A DNA stretch of 64,000 nt from Escherichia coli (GCF_050920415.1 NZ_CP169309.1), one strand, 5' to 3'; positions 9,635 through 23,890 are shown, counted from the stretch's first letter. Notes: generated by a model not told the origin, from the letters alone. Made by a program: numbers and translations.

Positions 9635-11974
9635 ATGAAAAGAAAACTATTCTGGATTTGTGCAGTGGCTATGGGGATGAGTGCGTTCCCCTCTTTCATG
9701 ACGCAGGCGACGCCAGCAACGCAACCACTGATCAATGCTGAGCCAGCTGTAGCCGCCCAGACGGAACAAAATCCGCAGGTGGGGCAAGTGATGCCGGGCG
9801 TGCAGGGCGCTGATGCCCCCATCGTGGCGCAGAACGGTCCTTCGCGTGATGTGAAGCTGACCTTTGCGCAAATTGCGCCACCGCCGGGCAGCATGGTGCT
9901 ACGTGGCATTAACCCGAACGGCAGCATTGAGTTTGGTATGCGCAGCGATGAAGTGGTGACGAAGGCGATGCTCAACCTCGAATACACGCCATCGCCATCG
10001 TTACTGCCTGTCCAGTCGCAGTTAAAGGTTTATCTCAATGATGAACTGATGGGCGTGCTGCCAGTGACCAAAGAACAGTTGGGTAAAAAAACGCTGGCAC
10101 AAATGCCAATTAACCCACTGTTTATTACCGACTTCAACCGTGTGCGGCTGGAGTTTGTCGGTCATTATCAGGACGTGTGCGAAAACCCGGCCAGCACCAC
10201 GCTTTGGCTGGATGTTGGGCGGAGCAGTGGACTGGATCTGACCTATCAGACCCTGAATGTGAAGAATGATCTGTCACACTTCCCGGTACCATTCTTTGAC
10301 CCGCGTGATAACCGCACCAACACCTTGCCGATGGTCTTTGCGGGTGCGCCGGATGTTGGGCTGCAACAAGCATCTGCCATTGTCGCCTCGTGGTTTGGTT
10401 CGCGTTCTGGCTGGCGTGGGCAGAACTTCCCGGTGCTCTATAACCAACTGCCGGATCGCAATGCCATCGTTTTTGCCACTAATGACAAACGCCCGGACTT
10501 CCTGCGCGATCATCCGGCGGTAAAAGCCCCGGTGATTGAGATGATCAACCATCCACAGAATCCTTACGTCAAACTGCTGGTGGTCTTTGGTCGTGACGAC
10601 AAAGACCTGTTGCAGGCAGCGAAAGGTATCGCTCAGGGTAACATTCTGTTCCGTGGTGAAAGCGTGGTAGTGAATGAAGTGAAACCGCTGCTACCGCGTA
10701 AGCCGTACGATGCGCCGAACTGGGTGCGTACCGATCGTCCGGTCACCTTTGGTGAACTGAAAACCTATGAAGAACAGTTACAATCCAGCGGTCTTGAGCC
10801 AGCAGCGATTAACGTTTCGCTAAACCTGCCGCCGGATCTCTACCTGATGCGCAGTACCGGCATTGATATGGATATCAACTATCGCTACACCATGCCGCCG
10901 GTGAAAGACAGTTCGCGGATGGATATCAGCCTGAATAACCAGTTCCTGCAATCCTTCAACCTGAGCAGTAAACAGGAGGCGAACCGCCTGCTGCTGCGTA
11001 TTCCGGTATTACAAGGTTTGCTGGATGGCAAAACGGATGTCTCTATTCCGGCGCTGAAACTGGGCGCGACCAACCAGTTGCGGTTCGACTTTGAGTATAT
11101 GAACCCGATGCCGGGCGGTTCGGTGGATAACTGTATTACCTTCCAGCCGGTGCAGAATCATGTGGTGATTGGTGACGACTCCACCATCGACTTCTCGAAG
11201 TATTACCACTTCATCCCGATGCCGGATCTACGCGCCTTTGCTAACGCGGGCTTCCCGTTCAGCCGGATGGCGGATCTGTCACAAACCATCACCGTGATGC
11301 CGAAAGCGCCTAACGAAGCACAGATGGAAACCTTGCTGAATACCGTTGGCTTTATCGGTGCGCAGACGGGCTTCCCGGCGATTAACCTGACGGTGACCGA
11401 TGATGGCAGCACCATTCAGGGCAAAGATGCCGACATCATGATTATCGGTGGTATCCCGGACAAACTGAAAGACGACAAGCAGATCGACCTGTTGGTGCAG
11501 GCGACCGAAAGCTGGGTGAAAACGCCGATGCGCCAGACCCCGTTCCCCGGCATTGTGCCGGACGAGAGCGATCGCGCGGCAGAAACTCAATCAACGCTGA
11601 CCTCTTCCGGTGCGATGGCAGCGGTGATTGGCTTCCAGTCGCCGTATAACGACCAGCGTAGCGTGATTGCGCTGCTGGCAGATAGCCCACGCGGTTATGA
11701 AATGCTTAACGATGCGGTGAACGATAGCGGCAAACGCGCCACCATGTTCGGCTCGGTCGCGGTGATCCGCGAGTCCGGTATCAATAGCCTGCGTGTTGGC
11801 GACGTCTATTACGTTGGCCATCTGCCGTGGTTCGAACGCTTATGGTATGCGCTGGCAAACCATCCGATTCTGCTGGCGGTGCTGGCGGCAATCAGCGTCG
11901 TGCTGCTGGCCTGGGTACTGTGGCGTTTGCTGCGTATTATCAGCCGTCGTCGTCTTAACCCGGATAACGAGTAA
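9635..11974 (+). CDS. bcsB: Cellulose synthase periplasmic subunit BcsB
   Basis: 779 aa from ATG 9635 (MKRKLFWICAVAMGMSAF...); signal peptide and C-terminal membrane anchor. Confidence 0.92.
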   Translation: MKRKLFWICAVAMGMSAFPSFMTQATPATQPLINAEPAVAAQTEQNPQVGQVMPGVQGADAPIVAQNGPSRDVKLTFAQIAPPPGSMVLRGINPNGSIEFGMRSDEVVTKAMLNLEYTPSPSLLPVQSQLKVYLNDELMGVLPVTKEQLGKKTLAQMPINPLFITDFNRVRLEFVGHYQDVCENPASTTLWLDVGRSSGLDLTYQTLNVKNDLSHFPVPFFDPRDNRTNTLPMVFAGAPDVGLQQASAIVASWFGSRSGWRGQNFPVLYNQLPDRNAIVFATNDKRPDFLRDHPAVKAPVIEMINHPQNPYVKLLVVFGRDDKDLLQAAKGIAQGNILFRGESVVVNEVKPLLPRKPYDAPNWVRTDRPVTFGELKTYEEQLQSSGLEPAAINVSLNLPPDLYLMRSTGIDMDINYRYTMPPVKDSSRMDISLNNQFLQSFNLSSKQEANRLLLRIPVLQGLLDGKTDVSIPALKLGATNQLRFDFEYMNPMPGGSVDNCITFQPVQNHVVIGDDSTIDFSKYYHFIPMPDLRAFANAGFPFSRMADLSQTITVMPKAPNEAQMETLLNTVGFIGAQTGFPAINLTVTDDGSTIQGKDADIMIIGGIPDKLKDDKQIDLLVQATESWVKTPMRQTPFPGIVPDESDRAAETQSTLTSSGAMAAVIGFQSPYNDQRSVIALLADSPRGYEMLNDAVNDSGKRATMFGSVAVIRESGINSLRVGDVYYVGHLPWFERLWYALANHPILLAVLAAISVVLLAWVLWRLLRIISRRRLNPDNE

Positions 11975-11980
11975 TTGAAG

Positions 11981-13087
11981 ATGAATGTGTTGCGTAGTGG
12001 ACTCGTGACGATGCTGCTGCTGGCTGCCTTTAGTGTTCAGGCTGCCTGCAACTGGCCTGCCTGGGAGCAGTTCAAAAAGGATTACATCAGTCAGGAAGGG
12101 CGCGTCATCGACCCCAGCGACGCGCGCAAAATCACCACCTCCGAAGGGCAAAGTTACGGCATGTTCTTTGCCCTGGCGGCTAACGACCGTGCAGCTTTCG
12201 ATAATATTCTCGACTGGACGCAGAACAATCTCGCTCAGGGTTCTTTAAAAGAACATTTGCCCGCCTGGCTGTGGGGCAAGAAAGAGAACAGTAAGTGGGA
12301 AGTGCTGGACAGCAATTCGGCCTCTGATGGTGATGTCTGGATGGCCTGGTCGTTGCTGGAGGCGGGGCGTTTGTGGAAAGAGCAGCGTTATACCGACATC
12401 GGCAGCGCGTTGTTAAAACGTATTGCGCGGGAGGAAGTGGTGACGGTGCCTGGGCTGGGTTCCATGTTGTTGCCGGGCAAAGTGGGATTTGCAGAGGATA
12501 ACAGCTGGCGTTTTAACCCCAGCTACCTGCCGCCGACGCTGGCGCAGTATTTCACCCGCTTTGGCGCGCCGTGGACTACGCTGCGCGAAACCAATCAACG
12601 TTTATTGCTGGAAACCGCCCCGAAAGGCTTTTCGCCAGACTGGGTGCGCTATGAGAAAGACAAAGGCTGGCAGCTAAAAGCCGAAAAAACATTGATCAGC
12701 AGCTACGACGCTATCCGTGTTTACATGTGGGTAGGCATGATGCCTGACAGCGATCCGCAAAAAGCGCGGATGCTCAACCGGTTTAAACCGATGGCGACAT
12801 TCACCGAGAAAAACGGCTATCCGCCGGAAAAAGTCGATGTGGCTACGGGGAAAGCGCAGGGTAAAGGACCGGTCGGTTTTTCTGCCGCCATGCTGCCCTT
12901 TTTACAAAACCGCGATGCACAGGCCGTTCAGCGCCAGCGCGTGGCCGATAACTTTCCCGGCAGCGATGCCTATTACAACTATGTGCTGACCCTGTTTGGA
13001 CAAGGCTGGGATCAACACCGTTTCCGCTTCTCGACAAAAGGTGAGTTATTACCTGACTGGGGCCAGGAATGCGCAAATTCACACTAA
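11981..13087 (+). CDS. bcsZ: Endo-1,4-beta-glucanase BcsZ (GH8)
   Basis: 368 aa from ATG 11981 ([21 protein letters not shown]...); signal peptide. Confidence 0.9.
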   Translation: MNVLRSGLVTMLLLAAFSVQAACNWPAWEQFKKDYISQEGRVIDPSDARKITTSEGQSYGMFFALAANDRAAFDNILDWTQNNLAQGSLKEHLPAWLWGKKENSKWEVLDSNSASDGDVWMAWSLLEAGRLWKEQRYTDIGSALLKRIAREEVVTVPGLGSMLLPGKVGFAEDNSWRFNPSYLPPTLAQYFTRFGAPWTTLRETNQRLLLETAPKGFSPDWVRYEKDKGWQLKAEKTLISSYDAIRVYMWVGMMPDSDPQKARMLNRFKPMATFTEKNGYPPEKVDVATGKAQGKGPVGFSAAMLPFLQNRDAQAVQRQRVADNFPGSDAYYNYVLTLFGQGWDQHRFRFSTKGELLPDWGQECANSH

Positions 13088-16000
13088 ACATATTCACGCT
13101 TTCCCTCGGTCTGGCCGTCATGCCGATGGTCGAGGCAGCACCAACCGCTCAGCAACAGTTGCTGGAGCAAGTTCGGTTAGGCGAAGCGACCCATCGTGAA
13201 GATCTGGTGCAACAGTCGTTGTATCGGCTGGAACTTATTGATCCGAATAACCCGGACGTCGTTGCCGCCCGTTTCCGTTCTCTGTTACGTCAGGGCGATA
13301 TTGATGGCGCGCAAAAACAGCTCGATCGGCTGTCGCAGTTAGCGCCGAGTTCAAATGCGTATAAATCGTCGCGGACCACAATGTTACTTTCTACGCCGGA
13401 TGGTCGTCAGGCACTGCAACAGGCAAGATTGCAGGCGACTACCGGTCATGCAGAAGAAGCTGTGGCGAGTTACAACAAGCTGTTCAACGGTGCGCCGCCG
13501 GAAGGTGACATTGCCGTCGAGTACTGGAGTACGGTGGCGAAAATTCCGGCTCGCCGTGGCGAAGCGATTAATCAGCTAAAACGCATCAATGCGGATACGC
13601 CGGGCAATACGGGCCTGCAAAACAATCTGGCGCTATTGCTGTTTAGTAGCGATCGGCGTGATGAAGGTTTTGCTGTACTGGAGCAGATGGCGAAATCGAA
13701 CGCCGGGCGCGAGGGAGCCTCTAAAATCTGGTACGGGCAGATTAAAGACATGCCTGTCAGCGATGCCAGCGTGCAGGCGCTGAAAAAATATCTCTCTATC
13801 TTTAGTGATGGCGACAGCGTAGCTGCTGCGCAATCGCAACTGGCAGAACAGCAAAAACAGCTGGCCGACCCTGCTTTCCGCGCTCGTGCGCAAGGTTTAG
13901 CGGCAGTGGACTCTGGCATGGCGGGTAAAGCCATTCCCGAACTACAACAGGCAGTGCGGGCGAACCCGAAAGACAGTGAGGCACTGGGGGCGCTGGGCCA
14001 GGCGTATTCTCAGAAAGGCGATCGCGCCAATGCGGTGGCGAATCTGGAAAAAGCCCTCGCACTGGACCCGCACAGCAGCAACAACGACAAATGGAACAGT
14101 CTGCTGAAAGTAAACCGCTACTGGCTGGCGATCCAGCAGGGTGATGCCGCGCTGAAAGCCAATAATCCTGACCGGGCAGAACGCCTGTTCCAGCAGGCGC
14201 GCAGTGTCGATAACACCGACAGCTATGCGGTGTTGGGGCTGGGCGATGTGGCGATGGCGCGAAAAGATTATTCCGCCGCCGAACGCTATTACCAGCAGAC
14301 GCTGCGCATGGACAGCGGCAATACCAACGCCGTGCGCGGGCTAGCGAATATTTACCGCCAGCAATCGCCAGAAAAAGCCGAAGCGTTTATCGCCTCGCTC
14401 TCTGCCAGCCAGCGGCGCAGCATTGATGATATCGAACGTAGCCTGCAAAACGATCGTCTGGCACAGCAGGCAGAGGCACTGGAAAAACAGGGCAAATGGG
14501 CGCAGGCAGCAGCACTTCAGCGGCAACGACTGGCACTGGACCCCGGCAGTGTATGGATTACTTACCGACTTTCGCAGGATCTCTGGCAGGCCGGACAACG
14601 CAGCCAGGCCGATACGTTAATGCGCAATCTCGTGCAGCAGAAGCCGAACGACCCGGAGCAGGTTTACGCTTACGGGCTGTACCTTTCAGGTCACGACCAG
14701 GACAGAGCGGCACTGGCGCATATCAACAGCCTGCCGCGTGCCCAGTGGAACAGCAATATTCAGGAGCTGGTTAATCGGCTGCAAAGCGACCAGGTGCTGG
14801 AAACCGCTAATCGCCTGCGAGAAAACGGTAAAGAGGCAGAAGCAGCAGCGATGCTGCGCCAGCAACCGCCTTCCTCGCGTATTGATCTGACGCTGGCTGA
14901 CTGGGCGCAACAACGACGTGATTACGCTGCTGCCCGTGCTGCATATCAGAATGTCCTGACGCGGGAGCCAACTAACGCTGATGCCATTCTTGGCCTGACG
15001 GAAGTGGATATCGCTGCCGGTGACAAAGCGGCGGCACGTAGCCAACTGGCGAAACTGCCTGCCTCCGATAACGCCTCCCTGAACACACAGCGGCGCGTGG
15101 CGCTGGCGCAGGCGCAGCTTGGCGATACCGCAGCGGCGCAGCAGACGTTTAACAAGCTGATCCCGCAGGCAAAATCTCAGCCACCGTCGATGGAAAGCGC
15201 GATGGTACTGCGCGACGGTGCGAAGTTTGAAGCACAGGCGGGCGATCCAACGCAGGCGCTGGAAACCTACAAAGACGCGATGGTTGCATCCGGTGTGACC
15301 ACGACGCGTCCGCAGGATAACGACACCTTTACCCGGCTGACTCGTAACGACGAGAAAGATGACTGGCTGAAACGCGGCGTGCGCAGCGATGCGGCAGATC
15401 TCTACCGCCAGCAGGATCTTAACGTCACCCTCGAGCACGATTACTGGGGGTCGAGCGGCACCGGTGGTTACTCCGATCTGAAAGCGCACACTACCATGTT
15501 GCAGGTGGATGCGCCGTATTCTGACGGGCGGATGTTCTTTCGCAGTGATTTCGTCAATATGAACGTCGGCAGTTTCTCCACTAATGCCGATGGCAAATGG
15601 GATGACAACTGGGGCACCTGTACATTACAGGACTGTAGCGGCAACCGCAGCCAGTCGGATTCCGGTGCCAGCGTGGCGGTCGGCTGGCGAAATGACGTCT
15701 GGAGCTGGGATATCGGCACCACGCCGATGGGCTTCAACGTGGTGGATGTGGTCGGCGGCATCAGTTACAGCGATGATATCGGGCCGCTGGGTTACACAGT
15801 TAACGCCCATCGTCGGCCCATCTCCAGTTCTTTGCTGGCCTTTGGCGGGCAAAAAGACTCCCCAGGCAATACCGGGAAAAAATGGGGCGGCGTGCGTGCC
15901 GACGGCGTGGGGCTAAGCCTGAGCTACGATAAAGGTGAAGCAAACGGCGTCTGGGCATCGCTTAGCGGCGACCAGTTAACCGGTAAAAATGTTGAAGATA

Positions 16001-16542
16001 ACTGGCGCGTGCGCTGGATGACGGGCTATTACTATAAGGTCATCAACCAGAACAATCGCCGCGTGACAATCGGCCTGAACAACATGATCTGGCATTACGA
16101 CAAAGATCTGAGTGGGTACTCACTCGGTCAGGGCGGTTACTACAGCCCGCAGGAATACCTGTCGTTTGCCATTCCGGTGATGTGGCGTGAGCGGACAGAA
16201 AACTGGTCGTGGGAGCTGGGGGCGTCTGGTTCGTGGTCGCATTCGCGCACCAAAACCATGCCGCGGTATCCGCTGATGAATCTGATCCCGACTGACTGGC
16301 AGGAAGAAGCTGCGCGGCAATCCAACGATGGCGGCAGCAGTCAGGGCTTTGGCTATACGGCGCGGGCATTACTTGAGCGTCGCGTCACATCCAACTGGTT
16401 TGTCGGTACGGCAATTGATATCCAGCAGGCGAAAGATTACGCGCCCAGCCATTTCCTGCTCTACGTACGTTATTCCGCCGCCGGATGGCAGGGTGACATG
16501 GATTTACCGCCGCAGCCGCTGATACCTTACGCCGACTGGTAA
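13069..16542 (+). CDS. bcsC: Cellulose export outer-membrane protein BcsC (TPR repeats plus beta-barrel)
   Basis: 1157 aa; signal peptide; overlaps the bcsZ end by 19 nt. Confidence 0.92.
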   Translation: MRKFTLNIFTLSLGLAVMPMVEAAPTAQQQLLEQVRLGEATHREDLVQQSLYRLELIDPNNPDVVAARFRSLLRQGDIDGAQKQLDRLSQLAPSSNAYKSSRTTMLLSTPDGRQALQQARLQATTGHAEEAVASYNKLFNGAPPEGDIAVEYWSTVAKIPARRGEAINQLKRINADTPGNTGLQNNLALLLFSSDRRDEGFAVLEQMAKSNAGREGASKIWYGQIKDMPVSDASVQALKKYLSIFSDGDSVAAAQSQLAEQQKQLADPAFRARAQGLAAVDSGMAGKAIPELQQAVRANPKDSEALGALGQAYSQKGDRANAVANLEKALALDPHSSNNDKWNSLLKVNRYWLAIQQGDAALKANNPDRAERLFQQARSVDNTDSYAVLGLGDVAMARKDYSAAERYYQQTLRMDSGNTNAVRGLANIYRQQSPEKAEAFIASLSASQRRSIDDIERSLQNDRLAQQAEALEKQGKWAQAAALQRQRLALDPGSVWITYRLSQDLWQAGQRSQADTLMRNLVQQKPNDPEQVYAYGLYLSGHDQDRAALAHINSLPRAQWNSNIQELVNRLQSDQVLETANRLRENGKEAEAAAMLRQQPPSSRIDLTLADWAQQRRDYAAARAAYQNVLTREPTNADAILGLTEVDIAAGDKAAARSQLAKLPASDNASLNTQRRVALAQAQLGDTAAAQQTFNKLIPQAKSQPPSMESAMVLRDGAKFEAQAGDPTQALETYKDAMVASGVTTTRPQDNDTFTRLTRNDEKDDWLKRGVRSDAADLYRQQDLNVTLEHDYWGSSGTGGYSDLKAHTTMLQVDAPYSDGRMFFRSDFVNMNVGSFSTNADGKWDDNWGTCTLQDCSGNRSQSDSGASVAVGWRNDVWSWDIGTTPMGFNVVDVVGGISYSDDIGPLGYTVNAHRRPISSSLLAFGGQKDSPGNTGKKWGGVRADGVGLSLSYDKGEANGVWASLSGDQLTGKNVEDNWRVRWMTGYYYKVINQNNRRVTIGLNNMIWHYDKDLSGYSLGQGGYYSPQEYLSFAIPVMWRERTENWSWELGASGSWSHSRTKTMPRYPLMNLIPTDWQEEAARQSNDGGSSQGFGYTARALLERRVTSNWFVGTAIDIQQAKDYAPSHFLLYVRYSAAGWQGDMDLPPQPLIPYADW

Positions 16543-16623
16543 GTTTTCAGATAGCGCCTCTCTTAATGCCGCTGCGATCGGGTATACTCGGGCGGCAATC
16601 TGGGATTTCCGGGGGGAGACAAT

Positions 16624-18612
16624 TTGCGCGTAAGTCGCTCGTTAACAATCAAGCAGATGGCAATGGTGGCAGCCGTTGTCCTGGTGTTCGTTTTTATTTT
16701 TTGCACCGTTTTGCTGTTCCATCTGGTCCAGCAGAATCGCTATAACACGGCTACGCAACTGGAAAGCATTGCTCGCTCTGTCCGCGAACCCTTATCTTCT
16801 GCCATTTTGAAAGGCGATATTCCCGAAGCGGAAGCTATTCTTGCCAGCATTAAACCGGCAGGCGTGGTCAGCCGTGCCGATGTGGTGCTGCCTAACCAGT
16901 TCCAGGCGCTGCGTAAAAGTTTTATTCCAGAGCGTCCGGTGCCGGTAATGGTTACTCGCATGTTTGAGCTACCGGTGCAAATCTCGCTGGGCGTTTACTC
17001 GCTGGAACGTCCGGCAAACCCGCAGCCAATTGCCTATCTGGTGCTACAGGCGGATTCCTTCCGCATGTATAAGTTCGTGATGAGCACCCTCTCAACGTTA
17101 GTGACCATTTACTTACTTTTGTCGTTAATATTGACGGTGGCGATTAGCTGGTGCATTAACCGCCTGATTTTGCATCCGTTACGCAATATTGCTCGTGAAC
17201 TTAACGCCATCCCAGCCCAGGAGCTTGTTGGTCACCAACTGGCATTACCACGTCTGCATCAGGACGATGAAATCGGTATGCTGGTGCGCAGTTACAACCT
17301 CAACCAGCAATTGCTGCAGCGCCATTATGAAGAACAGAACGAAAATGCGATGCGCTTCCCGGTGTCGGATTTGCCGAACAAAGCCTTGCTGATGGAGATG
17401 CTGGAGCAGGTTGTCGCGCGTAAACAAACCACCGCGCTGATGATTATCACCTGTGAAACCCTGCGTGATACTGCGGGCGTGCTGAAAGAGGCGCAACGAG
17501 AAATTCTGCTGCTGACGCTGGTGGAAAAACTCAAATCGGTACTGTCGCCACGTATGATCCTCGCGCAGATTAGTGGTTATGACTTTGCTGTCATTGCCAA
17601 CGGTGTACAGGAGCCGTGGCATGCTATTACTTTAGGTCAGCAAGTGCTCACTATCATGAGCGAGTGCCTGCCGATTGAACGTATTCAACTCCGTCCGCAC
17701 TGTAGCATTGGCGTGGCGATGTTCTACGGCGATCTCACCGCCGAACAGCTTTACAGTCGCGCTATTTCTGCGGCATTTACCGCTCGCCATAAAGGTAAGA
17801 ATCAGATTCAGTTCTTTGATCCGCAGCAGATGGAAGCCGCCCAACAGCGGTTGACGGAAGAGAGCGATATCCTTAATGCACTGGAAAATCATCAGTTTGC
17901 GATTTGGTTACAGCCACAGGTCGAGATGACCAGCGGTAAACTGGTCAGTGCGGAAGTGTTACTGCGTATCCAGCAACCGGATGGCAGTTGGGATCTGCCG
18001 GATGGCTTAATCGATCGCATTGAGTGCTGTGGGCTGATGGTTACCGTCGGTCACTGGGTGCTGGAAGAGTCCTGCCGACTGCTTGCTGCCTGGCAAGAGC
18101 GCGGCATTATGCTGCCCTTGTCGGTAAACCTCTCGGCGCTGCAACTGATGCACCCGAATATGGTGGCGGATATGCTGGAGCTGTTAACCCGCTATCGCAT
18201 TCAGCCGGGAACGCTGATTCTGGAAGTGACAGAAAGCCGACGTATTGACGACCCTCATGCAGCGGTGGCAATCCTCCGCCCGTTGCGTAATGCCGGCGTT
18301 CGGGTGGCGCTGGATGATTTCGGCATGGGCTACGCAGGGCTGCGTCAGCTGCAGCATATGAAATCGTTGCCAATCGACGTGTTAAAAATCGACAAAATGT
18401 TTGTTGAAGGCTTGCCGGAAGATAGCAGCATGATTGCTGCAATTATCATGTTGGCGCAAAGCCTGAACTTACAAATGATTGCCGAAGGCGTGGAGACTGA
18501 AGCACAACGCGACTGGCTGGCAAAAGCGGGCGTTGGTATTGCCCAGGGCTTCCTTTTTGCTCGCCCACTCCCTATTGAAATCTTCGAAGAGAGTTACCTG
18601 GGAGAAAAGTAG
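16624..18612 (+). CDS. pdeK: c-di-GMP phosphodiesterase PdeK (YhjK), membrane-anchored with EAL domain
   Basis: 662-aa ORF with TTG start at 16624 preceded by GGGGAG; N-terminal TM segment. Start codon is uncertain. Confidence 0.85.
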   Translation: MRVSRSLTIKQMAMVAAVVLVFVFIFCTVLLFHLVQQNRYNTATQLESIARSVREPLSSAILKGDIPEAEAILASIKPAGVVSRADVVLPNQFQALRKSFIPERPVPVMVTRMFELPVQISLGVYSLERPANPQPIAYLVLQADSFRMYKFVMSTLSTLVTIYLLLSLILTVAISWCINRLILHPLRNIARELNAIPAQELVGHQLALPRLHQDDEIGMLVRSYNLNQQLLQRHYEEQNENAMRFPVSDLPNKALLMEMLEQVVARKQTTALMIITCETLRDTAGVLKEAQREILLLTLVEKLKSVLSPRMILAQISGYDFAVIANGVQEPWHAITLGQQVLTIMSECLPIERIQLRPHCSIGVAMFYGDLTAEQLYSRAISAAFTARHKGKNQIQFFDPQQMEAAQQRLTEESDILNALENHQFAIWLQPQVEMTSGKLVSAEVLLRIQQPDGSWDLPDGLIDRIECCGLMVTVGHWVLEESCRLLAAWQERGIMLPLSVNLSALQLMHPNMVADMLELLTRYRIQPGTLILEVTESRRIDDPHAAVAILRPLRNAGVRVALDDFGMGYAGLRQLQHMKSLPIDVLKIDKMFVEGLPEDSSMIAAIIMLAQSLNLQMIAEGVETEAQRDWLAKAGVGIAQGFLFARPLPIEIFEESYLGEK

Positions 18613-18758
18613 CTACCCCAAACTGATTACAAAACTTTAAAAAGTGCTGGTTTGTGCGAGCCAGCTCAAACTTTTTAACCTTTTTGTTTCAATTATGATC
18701 CAGGTACATTTCTGTGATGTTGTCTGGGTGTTATTTTAAGGCCGCAGGTACCCCATAA

Positions 18759-20081
<1,323 letters not shown>

Positions 20082-20092
20082 TCTCACCACTT

Positions 20093-20127
20093 ATGCCCGC
20101 ACTCCCTTCCCCGAGTGCGGGTGTTTG
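20093..20127 (+). terminator. Rho-independent terminator after dctA
   Basis: Hairpin gcccgcactcccttccccgagtgcgggt followed by gtttg. Confidence 0.5.
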
Positions 20128-20300
20128 CGCATAATTGACCCCTGTGCCTGAACTTACCACCTGGGTGAGTTCAGGTTTATTTCACTTCTTCCGTGACATT
20201 TTCATGTTCTTGCGGTCTAACACGAAGTGTTTTTAATGTCATTTAGACTGACCGACAACGGGCAGTTTTTTATTACCAGGATAGTTGATCAGGGGTTCAC

Positions 20301-21797
20301 ATGCAGGGCACAAAAATTCGACTTTTAGCGGGCGGTTTGCTGATGATGGCCACTGCTGGCTATGTGCAGGCAGATGCGCTCCAGCCTGATCCAGCATGGC
20401 AACAGGGGACGCTTTCCAACGGTTTACAGTGGCAAGTGCTGACCACGCCCCAGCGTCCCAGCGATCGCGTTGAAATTCGCCTGCTGGTTAATACCGGTTC
20501 GCTCGCCGAAAGTACACAACAGAGCGGTTACAGTCACGCCATCCCTCGTATTGCGTTAACGCAAAGCGGTGGCCTTGACGCAGCACAGGCGCGTTCATTG
20601 TGGCTGCAGGGGATCGACCCTAAACGCCCGATGCCGCCGGTAATTGTCTCTTATGACACCACGCTGTTTAATCTGAGTTTGCCCAATAACCGTAACGACT
20701 TGCTGAAAGAAGCGCTCTCTTATCTGGCAAATGCCACTGGCAAACTGACCATCACACCAGAAACCATCAACCACGCGCTGCAAAGTCAGGACATGGTGGC
20801 CACCTGGCCTGCCGATACTAAAGAGGGCTGGTGGCGCTATCGTCTGAAAGGATCAACCTTGTTAGGTCACGATCCTGCCGATCCGCTGAAACAACCCGTT
20901 GAAGCGGAAAAGATTAAAGATTTCTATCAGAAATGGTACACCCCGGATGCAATGACGCTGCTGGTGGTGGGAAACGTGGATGCGCGCTCGGTTGTCGACC
21001 AAATCAACAAAACGTTTGGCGAACTGAAAGGCAAACGTGAAACACCGGCTCCGGTGCCGACGCTTTCTCCGCTGCGTCCTGAAGCGGTGAGTATTATGAC
21101 CGATGCGGTACGTCAGGACCGGTTATCTATCATGTGGGATACGCCGTGGCAGCCAATTCGTGAATCAGCCGCACTGCTGCGCTACTGGCGTGCGGACCTG
21201 GCCCGTGAGGCGCTGTTCTGGCACGTTCAGCAAGCGTTAAGCACCAGTAACAGCAAAGACATCGGTCTTGGATTTGACTGCCGTGTGCTGTATCTGCGTG
21301 CGCAGTGTGCCATCAACATCGAGTCACCAAACGACAAGCTGAACAGCAACCTTAATTTGGTAGCGCGTGAGCTAGCGAAGGTTCGCGATAAAGGTCTGCC
21401 GGAAGAAGAGTTCAATGCGTTAGTGGCGCAAAAGAAACTGGAGCTGCAGAAACTGTTTGCCGCCTATGCGCGAGCTGATACCGATATTTTGATGGGGCAG
21501 CGGATGCGTTCGTTGCAAAATCAGGTCGTTGATATCGCGCCGGAGCAATATCAGAAACTGCGCCAAGATTTCCTTAATAGTCTGACGGTAGAGATGTTAA
21601 ATCAGGATCTGCGCCAGCAGTTGTCGAACGATATGGCGTTAATTCTTCTGCAGCCGAAAGGCGAGCCAGAATTTAACATGAAAGCGTTGCAGGCGGCCTG
21701 GGATCAAATCATGGCCCCATCTACTACTGCTGCCACAACCTCTGTTGCCACGGATGACGTACATCCTGAAGTGACGGATATTCCACCCGCACAGTAA
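20301..21797 (+). CDS. yhjJ: Putative periplasmic M16-family zinc peptidase-like protein YhjJ
   Basis: 498 aa with signal peptide; position between dctA and kdgK. Confidence 0.85.
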   Translation: MQGTKIRLLAGGLLMMATAGYVQADALQPDPAWQQGTLSNGLQWQVLTTPQRPSDRVEIRLLVNTGSLAESTQQSGYSHAIPRIALTQSGGLDAAQARSLWLQGIDPKRPMPPVIVSYDTTLFNLSLPNNRNDLLKEALSYLANATGKLTITPETINHALQSQDMVATWPADTKEGWWRYRLKGSTLLGHDPADPLKQPVEAEKIKDFYQKWYTPDAMTLLVVGNVDARSVVDQINKTFGELKGKRETPAPVPTLSPLRPEAVSIMTDAVRQDRLSIMWDTPWQPIRESAALLRYWRADLAREALFWHVQQALSTSNSKDIGLGFDCRVLYLRAQCAINIESPNDKLNSNLNLVARELAKVRDKGLPEEEFNALVAQKKLELQKLFAAYARADTDILMGQRMRSLQNQVVDIAPEQYQKLRQDFLNSLTVEMLNQDLRQQLSNDMALILLQPKGEPEFNMKALQAAWDQIMAPSTTAATTSVATDDVHPEVTDIPPAQ

Positions 21798-21892
21798 TGC
21801 CTGATGGTGATGAGTTAGCACAACCATCAGGTATTTATGGATGAGCTGGATAGAGGGGTAACACTTTATCCAGCCTTTTGCATATGCTGCTT

Positions 21893-22822
21893 TTACGCAG
21901 GCATCGCCTCACGCGGGATAATCGCGCCGCGATACTGAATAACGGTACTTGCGGTCAGGTGCCCGCGTTTCGCCGCATTTTCCGCACTGCCGCCCGTCAA
22001 ACGTACCGCCAGATAACCGGCACTGAAAGAGTCGCCAGCTGCGGTGGTATCGATCACTTTTTCTTTCGGCAGTTTCACCGCCGGAACATCCACTAACCCT
22101 TCGCCAGCAATGGACACCAGGCAAGAATCCGCCCCGCGTTTCACCACCACTTCTTTCACGCCCGCGTTATGGGTGCGCGCAATGACGTCTTCCACCGGCT
22201 GTTGACCCCACAGCGCGTCTTCATCGTCCAGCGTCAGGAAGGCGATATCCGTGCATTCCAGCATTTGCTGGTACACCTGCTGTGTCTCTTCTTTGCTGGC
22301 CCACAGGCGCGGACGATAGTTATTGTCGAAAATTACTTTTCCGCCGTTGGCGCGGCATCCGCGCAACAAAGAAAGCAGTTTCTCGCGGCTGGTCGGGCTT
22401 AAGATCGCCAGGCTAATCCCGCTCAGGTAGAGATAATCGAAATTCGCCAGCTCTTCGCAAATCGCCGCAGATTGCTCGCTCTCCAGCCAGAATTTGGCGG
22501 CGGCTTCGTTACGCCAGTAGTAGAACGTACGTTCGCCGGTGCTGTCGGTTTCAATGTAGTAAAGGCCCGGCAGACGGTTTTCCATCCGTTGGGTCAGGGA
22601 AGTATCAACGTTCTCGCCGTGCCAGGCGTCCAGCATTTGCTGGCTAAAACTGTCCGTTCCCAGCGCCGTTACGTAATGAACGGTTAATGCCGCAGGATCG
22701 ACCTGACGGGCGATATAGACGGAAGTGTTCAGGGTATCGCCGCCGAAACCGCGCTTAACGTCCGCGCCTTTCTCGGAAAGCTCAATCATGCATTCGCCAA
22801 TCACGGCAATCTTTTTGGACAT
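21893..22822 (-). CDS. kdgK: 2-dehydro-3-deoxygluconokinase KdgK
   Basis: 309 aa, PfkB sugar-kinase-like; MSKKIAVIGECMIELSEKG... Confidence 0.9.
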   Translation of the reverse strand: MSKKIAVIGECMIELSEKGADVKRGFGGDTLNTSVYIARQVDPAALTVHYVTALGTDSFSQQMLDAWHGENVDTSLTQRMENRLPGLYYIETDSTGERTFYYWRNEAAAKFWLESEQSAAICEELANFDYLYLSGISLAILSPTSREKLLSLLRGCRANGGKVIFDNNYRPRLWASKEETQQVYQQMLECTDIAFLTLDDEDALWGQQPVEDVIARTHNAGVKEVVVKRGADSCLVSIAGEGLVDVPAVKLPKEKVIDTTAAGDSFSAGYLAVRLTGGSAENAAKRGHLTASTVIQYRGAIIPREAMPA

Positions 22823-23052
22823 AGTCGTGAACCTGATCTGTAAAAATTAGCGTTAGTTTGCGCTGTGGTGGTTTGCTGGTCAACCATATTAAAACAGTGT
22901 TCCATTATTTTTTTGAGCCAGAACGTATTCCTGAAAGATTCCGTTGTGGAGTGGGGAAATTTAACCCGGCCAGGCGGTAAAGTTCTGCCCTTACGCGCCG
23001 ATAATCTTTGTCGAGTCCGGGCAGCATCACTTTTAAACACAGGACATCTTTG

Positions 23053-23820
23053 ATGATAAGGCAGGTTATCCAGCGAATAAGCAACCCTGAAGCAAGCATC
23101 GAGAGCTTGCAGGAACGGCGTTTTTGGTTGCAGTGTGAGCGTGCTTACACCTGGCAGCCGATCTATCAAACCTGCGGACGGTTAATGGCCGTGGAGCTAT
23201 TAACGGTGGTCACGCATCCCTCGAACCCTTTACAACGTCTGCCGCCGGATCGCTATTTTACTGAAATCACCGTCAGCCATCGGATGGAGGTTGTGAAAGA
23301 GCAGATTGATTTGCTGGCGCAAAATGCCGACTTCTTTGTCGAGCACGGCCTGCTGGCATCGGTCAATATTGATGGTCCTACGCTCATCGCCCTGCGTCAG
23401 CAACCAAAAATCCTGCGCCAGATTGAGCATCTTCCCTGGCTGCGTTTCGAACTGGTAGAACACATCCGCCTGCCAAAAGACTCAACCTTTGCCTCGATGT
23501 GTGAATTTGGTCCGCTGTGGCTGGATGATTTCGGCACTGGGATGGCGAATTTCTCTGCGCTAAGTGAAGTACGTTACGACTACATCAAAATCGCCCGTGA
23601 GCTGTTTGTGATGCTGCGTCAGTCACCGGAAGGACGCACGCTCTTTTCTCAGCTTTTACATCTCATGAATCGCTATTGTCGCGGGGTGATTGTCGAAGGT
23701 GTGGAAACGCAGGAAGAGTGGCGCGATGTACAAAATTCGCCTGCATTTGCTGCACAAGGCTGGTTTCTTTCACGCCCGGCACCGATAGAAACGCTGAATT
23801 CGGCAGTTCTGGCGCTATAA
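23053..23820 (+). CDS. pdeH: c-di-GMP phosphodiesterase PdeH (YhjH), EAL-only
   Basis: 255 aa from ATG 23053 (MIRQVIQRISNPEAS...); the listed ORF starts 45 nt upstream. Confidence 0.88.
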   Translation: MIRQVIQRISNPEASIESLQERRFWLQCERAYTWQPIYQTCGRLMAVELLTVVTHPSNPLQRLPPDRYFTEITVSHRMEVVKEQIDLLAQNADFFVEHGLLASVNIDGPTLIALRQQPKILRQIEHLPWLRFELVEHIRLPKDSTFASMCEFGPLWLDDFGTGMANFSALSEVRYDYIKIARELFVMLRQSPEGRTLFSQLLHLMNRYCRGVIVEGVETQEEWRDVQNSPAFAAQGWFLSRPAPIETLNSAVLAL

Positions 23821-23890
23821 GCTGCCTCATTTTCTGCCTGGCTGGACTATCTTTAGGACTGGCACAGGAAGAAATATGAGGAAGCGAATG

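Noticed and set aside
14686-15489. 267-aa minus-strand ORF inside bcsC, and similar antisense ORFs inside bcsG (2701-3177), treF (31668-32312), gadA (34742-35317), prlC (57209-58009) and dtpB (60396-60866)
   Set aside because: All are embedded antisense to confidently identified genes, with Arg/Ser/Cys-rich translations typical of non-coding frames.
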